A DNA stretch of 64,000 nucleotides from positions 64,001-128,000 of IMG/VR virus record IMGVR_UViG_3300011008_000010; one strand, written 5' to 3'. The notes below the pieces were generated by a model that saw nothing but the letters and a program-made list of their open reading frames with translations, searched no databases and was not told where the DNA came from. The stretch's first letter is position 1. Every line of letters begins with the position of its first letter. The position numbers and the translations under genes were made by a program. Below, piece after piece: positions 58,674 to 64,000 of the stretch. The DNA is from a virus. Lineage: Duplodnaviria; Caudoviricetes.

Positions 58674-59250
58674 TATTATCTTCCTTTTCTTCCTGCTCTT
58701 TTAATTTCTTGGGCGGTCTACCCGGTCTCTTATTTTTACTTTGCTTTCTTTCTTTTTTGGGAGTTACGATTCCTAATGCTTCGGCATACTCGCGTTCTTT
58801 CTTCTTTTGTTTTCTTATCTTTTGATCCTGTTCGATTTTTATCTGATAGCACCTGATAAAAACCTTTTCGTCTTGGACAACATTTTCAAGAAAGAACTGC
58901 TCATTGATGTGTTTTTTAGGAACCTTCCTGATTTTTATCTTCTCTACTTTGGCTCCGCTATAATATTCATTTCTTGCGGCCATCATTGTCTTGGCTATTG
59001 CTATAGCATAAGGTTCTCCGTATATTTGAGCTGCGAATGTTTTGCATAAAGACCATTCAACCCAAGGATCAATATAATAAAGCCTTCCTTTGTTTGTGAT
59101 CAATTGAATATAATAGCGGTTAAGAGTCCTGTCTACTCTCGCTACAGCCCTCTTCAACTTCTCCTTTTTCTTCTTTTGAAGACGCTCCTTCTTCACCTCC
59201 GGATCGAGCGGAGGTCTCCCCTGTTTCCTGATCGGTTCCGTCTGATCCAT
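58654..59250 (-). CDS. basic hypothetical protein (AT-hook-like GRP motifs)
   Basis: KQGRPP and KRPGRPPKK. Confidence 0.5.
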   Translation of the reverse strand: MDQTEPIRKQGRPPLDPEVKKERLQKKKKEKLKRAVARVDRTLNRYYIQLITNKGRLYYIDPWVEWSLCKTFAAQIYGEPYAIAIAKTMMAARNEYYSGAKVEKIKIRKVPKKHINEQFFLENVVQDEKVFIRCYQIKIEQDQKIRKQKKKEREYAEALGIVTPKKERKQSKNKRPGRPPKKLKEQEEKEDNNAKGDI

Positions 59251-59563
59251 TTTTCACCTTGTCCATCAACTGAATGTACTTCATACGAGACATTAAAATT
59301 TGTTCAAAATTAAATTGACCGGATTGTTCTTCTGTTTCTCCGTTTTCTTTGACAAGCAAAACAGAAATTTTCATCATTGCTGTGTTTGGCGGAATTCCAA
59401 TAATAATTTCTTTCATGCCGTTCTGATCTTGATCGGGCACATTGGTTTCATCAAAAATGGATTCCGCTTCATTTACGGTATTTTCATTCATGGATTTTCC
59501 CCCTTTAGAAATAAATAAATGATCTTGGACTATATTATATATCCCTTTAAGATGCCGCGTCAA
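59120..59563 (-). CDS. hypothetical protein (true start likely MNENTV)
   Basis: ORF between the helicase and downstream genes. Confidence 0.45.
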   Translation of the reverse strand: MTRHLKGIYNIVQDHLFISKGGKSMNENTVNEAESIFDETNVPDQDQNGMKEIIIGIPPNTAMMKISVLLVKENGETEEQSGQFNFEQILMSRMKYIQLMDKVKNGSDGTDQETGETSARSGGEEGASSKEEKGEVEEGCSESRQDS

Positions 59564-61817
59564 CCATTACATTATTATCTTTCCGTAAAAAATCATATAA
59601 GAAAGTGTTCCTATGAATTTCTTCTTTCTTTTTAATGGCTTTCCGCACCATATCCGGATTGCCCAGATGAATACAACGCTTTTTAGAACGCGTACAGCCG
59701 ACATAAAGAAGATTACTGGTCATCATATACATGTGGCTTCTTGGCGTAGCAAAAATCACTGTATCGCTTTGAGAGCCCTGAGAAGAGTGGACAGAGATAG
59801 CGTACCCAAGTTTAAGATCCGAAAAAAAGGATCTTTGATAATAAAAATATTTATCGTCAAACTTGATGATAGCATAAGTATTACTATCTCCGATCTCTAA
59901 AATTTTGCCCACATCCCCATTGCAAACAAGGTCTTCTTCGTCGGTTTGTCTTTTTGTTTCCATGTCGTATCTGGGAGTATTATAATTGTTCTTTTTTTGT
60001 ATCACCAAATCTCCTTCATAAAAAGAAATTTCTCCAAATTTGATACATCTTCTGCTTCCTACGTTTTTATTTATCTCTTTTTGTATGGACTGATTGATTG
60101 CTTGCGATCCTGTTTTGCCTACATTATAAGCCGTAATGACTTGGATATCGTTCATAGCTTTCCCTGAATCAAGCAATCTCTTATACAATGTCGTAACTTC
60201 GTCAACAATCATATCATCCGATGATACCACGAAGGAATAATCCTTGTCAGTTCCATAATTCAGTGTTTTATGAAACTCTGCGTCTTTAGGAAGATAATTT
60301 TTGCACGTTCTAATATCTGTAGCAACTCTTGTAAGTCCGCCGTCTTGGTATCTAAATATTTTTGTAAGAGTTGTGGTTGGAATTACTTGACTATCTATCA
60401 TATTATGTAAGACATTTCCCGCATCAACAGATGCAAGCTGCGCAGAATCTCCTACAAGCAAAAGTTTTGTTCTGGTGAGATCCAAGCCTTTAAGTACATG
60501 ATACATAAGGTTTACACCGATCATAGAACTTTCATCTATAATCAATACATCGTCTTTCAATTTATTGGCAGCATTAATTTCCCATCCTCTCGACGGCGTA
60601 TAACCATATCCTCTATGGATTGTAGAAGCAGAACGGTGAGTATATTCTTTTAAAACTTGACTTGCTCTGGCTGTAGGGCTCATCAAAGAATAAGTTTTTC
60701 CGTTATCTTCGAGCATTTTAATAATAGCCAAACATGTGTTTGTTTTTCCAGAACCGGCAACTCCATTCAAAATACTCACATTATTTTTGCAAAGATTGTC
60801 TAATGCATTTAACTGCTCTTTCGTAAGATTAAAATCTCCCACTGATGCATATTTGTCTACGTCAATATCCCACTTTACAGAATTATTTATGCCTTGTAAT
60901 AAAGATTCCGCACAAAACTCTTCCATCTCTTTAATATATTTTGTAGAAACCAAAAGAGATTCCGCGTTATACCAAATATCCTCGCTTTTTAAGCATTCTA
61001 CAAAATGTTCCGCACACGAAGGGACTGCTTTTGCAACATCCTCTTTTAGTCTAATCAGGTCGTATCTTGTTGATCCTTCTTCGTCCGCAATGTCAGACAA
61101 TCTAAATTTAATGTAAGCTAGACATCTCTGTGGACTTGTTTTAAGGTCATAGTCAAAAATGTTCTGTTCTTTTTGCATACCCAAAAGAATTTTGTCCGCT
61201 TTTGTAAAGGCTACTCCGGATAAATCGGTAAAAAATTTATACGGATCTTTCTTAAATAATTTCTTTACAGATTCGATTGAAGGATATTGTTCTCTGATCT
61301 TGGCAATGGTTTTCAAAGAAACGGCTCCACCAAAAAAAGATAGAAGATCTATATTGTCATGGTTTTCAATGATTTTCTTTTTAACGATCTCGAATGTATA
61401 TTCTTTTATACCTTTTACTTTATCAAGATCGACTTCGTTGTCTCTGCCTTGAATAATCATCTCAACGATGTCTGGATAAGCCTTAAGCAATTCAAATGCC
61501 TGATTTTCAGTTAGAATAGACGTAAGAAACAAAATATTATTGGCTTTCTTGTCGTCCGTAGATCCAACACATTTTTTAACATCGTAAGAATAGCCATGTT
61601 TTGTCTGTTTTTCTACTGCCGTAAAATTATAAAGAACTCCTTCTTGCAAACCGGATATATTTCCGCACACAGAGACATTACCGAACTTAGATCTTTTCAG
61701 CTTTTTCCCAAGTACCACATCTTCCGGAACATTCAGGGCATATACTGCAAATTTATCAGAATTATACACGGTTCTAATAATGTCGCCGGTAAACGTTACA
61801 ACTTTTTCAGCAACCAT
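59547..61817 (-). CDS. RecD2-like SF1B helicase
   Basis: GVAGSGKT Walker A, IIDESSM, LVGDSAQL, LTKIFR, YAISVHSSQGS, LYVGCTRSK. Confidence 0.9.
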   Translation of the reverse strand: MVAEKVVTFTGDIIRTVYNSDKFAVYALNVPEDVVLGKKLKRSKFGNVSVCGNISGLQEGVLYNFTAVEKQTKHGYSYDVKKCVGSTDDKKANNILFLTSILTENQAFELLKAYPDIVEMIIQGRDNEVDLDKVKGIKEYTFEIVKKKIIENHDNIDLLSFFGGAVSLKTIAKIREQYPSIESVKKLFKKDPYKFFTDLSGVAFTKADKILLGMQKEQNIFDYDLKTSPQRCLAYIKFRLSDIADEEGSTRYDLIRLKEDVAKAVPSCAEHFVECLKSEDIWYNAESLLVSTKYIKEMEEFCAESLLQGINNSVKWDIDVDKYASVGDFNLTKEQLNALDNLCKNNVSILNGVAGSGKTNTCLAIIKMLEDNGKTYSLMSPTARASQVLKEYTHRSASTIHRGYGYTPSRGWEINAANKLKDDVLIIDESSMIGVNLMYHVLKGLDLTRTKLLLVGDSAQLASVDAGNVLHNMIDSQVIPTTTLTKIFRYQDGGLTRVATDIRTCKNYLPKDAEFHKTLNYGTDKDYSFVVSSDDMIVDEVTTLYKRLLDSGKAMNDIQVITAYNVGKTGSQAINQSIQKEINKNVGSRRCIKFGEISFYEGDLVIQKKNNYNTPRYDMETKRQTDEEDLVCNGDVGKILEIGDSNTYAIIKFDDKYFYYQRSFFSDLKLGYAISVHSSQGSQSDTVIFATPRSHMYMMTSNLLYVGCTRSKKRCIHLGNPDMVRKAIKKKEEIHRNTFLYDFLRKDNNVMVDAAS

Positions 61818-61830
61818 ATAACCCTTCTTT

Positions 61831-62121
61831 CTAAATAATCTTGTTATTTGACAAAAATCTTTTTGCAGCTTTCGTATGGTAAATAGAATATAGCAATTCG
61901 TCTCTTTCTCTTATTGCATAGTCTCTTTGTTCAAGAAGAGTATTGCTATAGCCTTTGAGTTCTTTATTATTCGTTTCCAAATGATTAATGTGATCTGCGA
62001 CTGGGCCTCTGATACGATAAACATACGAATCGCCTATCTTCATAGGTGTTACGTAATCCCTGTCATCATCAATTACGTCTATATAGTATCCTTTTTCGTC
62101 GTGCTTAGTAAAAATAGCCAT
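61831..62121 (-). CDS. hypothetical protein
   Basis: ORF in operon. Confidence 0.45.
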   Translation of the reverse strand: MAIFTKHDEKGYYIDVIDDDRDYVTPMKIGDSYVYRIRGPVADHINHLETNNKELKGYSNTLLEQRDYAIRERDELLYSIYHTKAAKRFLSNNKII

Positions 62122-62524
62122 TTTTTATGTTCCTTTTGGTATCGTATATATTTCCAATAATTTCTACGGACTCACATACGTCAATTCCGTCTTCCCATCT
62201 AACATATGGCGTACCCTCCCAACAATTGACTGCAAACGGCGAGAAACCCCCTCTGTCATATTTAACTATCTCTTCTACATCGTAACCAGATCCGAATGTA
62301 TTTTTTATAATATCTCCTTCAAAAATCATAGCCATACGTTTGTCTCTTATCCCTGTATATTGTCCTACAGTATCTTTGACAACTACGATATAATCTTTAA
62401 CTATATTTTTATCATTGTCTATAAAACTGCCATACAACCTGTGTTCTTCGTTAATGCAAACATAATTACCGTATACCCAATTATTATCCAGAACAGATTT
62501 TCCACGAAAAAAAATACGTCTCAT
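62105..62524 (-). CDS. YopX family protein
   Basis: FRGK..WVYG..TVGQYTGIRDK..IFEGDI..EIIGNIYD. Confidence 0.85.
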   Translation of the reverse strand: MRRIFFRGKSVLDNNWVYGNYVCINEEHRLYGSFIDNDKNIVKDYIVVVKDTVGQYTGIRDKRMAMIFEGDIIKNTFGSGYDVEEIVKYDRGGFSPFAVNCWEGTPYVRWEDGIDVCESVEIIGNIYDTKRNIKNGYFY

Positions 62525-62535
62525 ATTATTATCTC

Positions 62536-62808
62536 CTAATCAAGCAAGGCCCTTTTGATTCTGTCGTACTTAATAGATTTCTCTAAAATAGAATTAAATT
62601 CTTCTATTTCAACGATTGTATATTCTTCCCAATCAAACTTTTTTGCGACATCTTCCCACTCTCCAGACAAATCGGGCTTGTTATCATTTGATATGGATTC
62701 AAGGAGACACATTTCTTTTTCGATTTTGTCTTTAAAAATTGGATCAATTTCATTATTCACATAAAGTTTTTTTATTTGTGTTTTTGCGAATTCACATATT
62801 GCCCACAT
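62536..62808 (-). CDS. hypothetical protein
   Basis: GAGGG RBS, ORF in operon. Confidence 0.5.
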   Translation of the reverse strand: MWAICEFAKTQIKKLYVNNEIDPIFKDKIEKEMCLLESISNDNKPDLSGEWEDVAKKFDWEEYTIVEIEEFNSILEKSIKYDRIKRALLD

Positions 62809-62842
62809 TTCATTTCCCTCAATTATATATTATATATCCCCT

Positions 62843-63241
62843 TTATGTCAACGTACGACTCATAATAGAGCCGTCTACGGCAATTCTTTGATATCCGTCT
62901 TCTAATTCTTTTTGCAGTTTTCTCTCTGCCTTGTCGAGAAGTTTAACTACCTGAGCTATTTGTTTTTTTGCTATGATGATTGCGGCTTCCTTCTCAGCAA
63001 ACCTGATCTGGACACCAAGTTTATTTGCTTCTTTTTCCATCTGGCTTAAACCTCTTCCATACTCAATCCTATCGTATATGATCTCATTTAATTTCTCAGA
63101 AACAATTTGGGAGAAGTTATTGACTTCTTTCTTTGCTTGTTGTATCTCTCTTATACTGCTAATGAGATATTCTTGCGGCCTGTACTTTGGTTGGTATCCC
63201 ATTTCACTACCTCGCAATCGTCTCATATGCAGAGATAACAA
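62843..63241 (-). CDS. hypothetical coiled-coil protein
   Basis: GAGG RBS before MGYQPK. Confidence 0.5.
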   Translation of the reverse strand: MLSLHMRRLRGSEMGYQPKYRPQEYLISSIREIQQAKKEVNNFSQIVSEKLNEIIYDRIEYGRGLSQMEKEANKLGVQIRFAEKEAAIIIAKKQIAQVVKLLDKAERKLQKELEDGYQRIAVDGSIMSRTLT

Positions 63242-64000
63242 GTTCCTTCTCTCCAGTTTCTACCCATTGATCACCTTGCTTACGCATCTTAGGTTTCTCC
63301 GTAAAGGCATCGATACGAAGAGTCGACCAGAGCCCGAATGGACTATTTTGGAAAATCTTGCTTGAAGCGATCTTTGTTTTTATGTCTTCCCCGGTATTAA
63401 GACAACGCACAACAACATACGGTCTGGAAGAATTTTTATACGTCTTAAATTCTGTACACATATAATATTTAGGATCGATATTTGGATTGACGTAGTTAGC
63501 CATACCAAGGTTTTCAATCTCATACATGATCTGTGTTTTGATAGGTACGGCTTTGTCTTCTATTGTTTCCGCAATCTCTTCAAGCAAACCTACGTTGTCT
63601 ATTTGCGAGTATGTTTTCTCAGTTATCTTACCGGAGTATTTCTCTACCATCTTTTCCTGCAAACCAAGAGAAGGGAGATCGGACTTCTTAATTGATTTGC
63701 GGTTGCCAAGTTTGGCGTAAAGGTCTTTGAGTTTTAAGAGTTTGCCGTTTTTGCCGAATTCGGAAAAGAAGCCAACGATTGTGAGGATAGAAATTTGACG
63801 AGCATCAACCGATGTTTTTTCGGATATATCTTTAAGCAAACGAATAAAAGAAGAGTACTCGTTCTTCGATAGATCCCAAAATTCTTCTGCTATTTGTTCG
63901 TTGCAATACTTAATACTACTAATACCTTGATAGATACTATTTGTTTTTTTGTCCATAAAATATTCGGATTTTGACTTTCCAAATTTTACATTGTTAATAG
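63207..64000 (-). CDS. DNA polymerase III alpha-like C-terminus (5' end outside window)
   Basis: KFGKS..NSIYQGISSIKY..LTIVGFFSEFG HhH-region motifs of phage DnaE; ORF runs off the window edge. Confidence 0.6.
   Translation of the reverse strand, partial: INNVKFGKSKSEYFMDKKTNSIYQGISSIKYCNEQIAEEFWDLSKNEYSSFIRLLKDISEKTSVDARQISILTIVGFFSEFGKNGKLLKLKDLYAKLGNRKSIKKSDLPSLGLQEKMVEKYSGKITEKTYSQIDNVGLLEEIAETIEDKAVPIKTQIMYEIENLGMANYVNPNIDPKYYMCTEFKTYKNSSRPYVVVRCLNTGEDIKTKIASSKIFQNSPFGLWSTLRIDAFTEKPKMRKQGDQWVETGEKELVISAYETIAR

Overview
A 64-kb slice of a large, AT-rich temperate phage, probably of a gut Bacillota/Clostridia host (inference from gene content and a Firmicutes-type SOS box). The + strand (1-53.6 kb) is the tail, baseplate, fibre and lysis arm. 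The - strand (54-64 kb) carries a tyrosine integrase beside an intact tRNA-type attP, small early genes, a RecD2 helicase and the C-terminus of a DnaE-like polymerase. Main points: (1) A giant tape-measure gene (about 4,179 aa after splicing) is split by three group I introns, leaving an 18-nt micro-exon. Intron 1 is an IS605-type IStron inserted after TTGAT, and its TnpB guide is that micro-exon. (2) The tape measure holds a basic and an acidic 28-residue repeat arm in mirror register, which suggests an antiparallel hairpin. (3) A very compact diversity-generating retroelement (VR-TR-RT, 22/22 mismatches at TR adenines) has no visible avd gene. (4) Five tiny IS200/IS605-derived elements sit at gene junctions; one retains an orphan omegaRNA-like scaffold and supplies the RBS of the baseplate hub gene. 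(5) Also present are a G10 tract in a fibre-type gene, a cysteine desulfurase among structural genes, and a large family of modular fibre proteins. All calls come from reading motifs by eye; no database searches were run.
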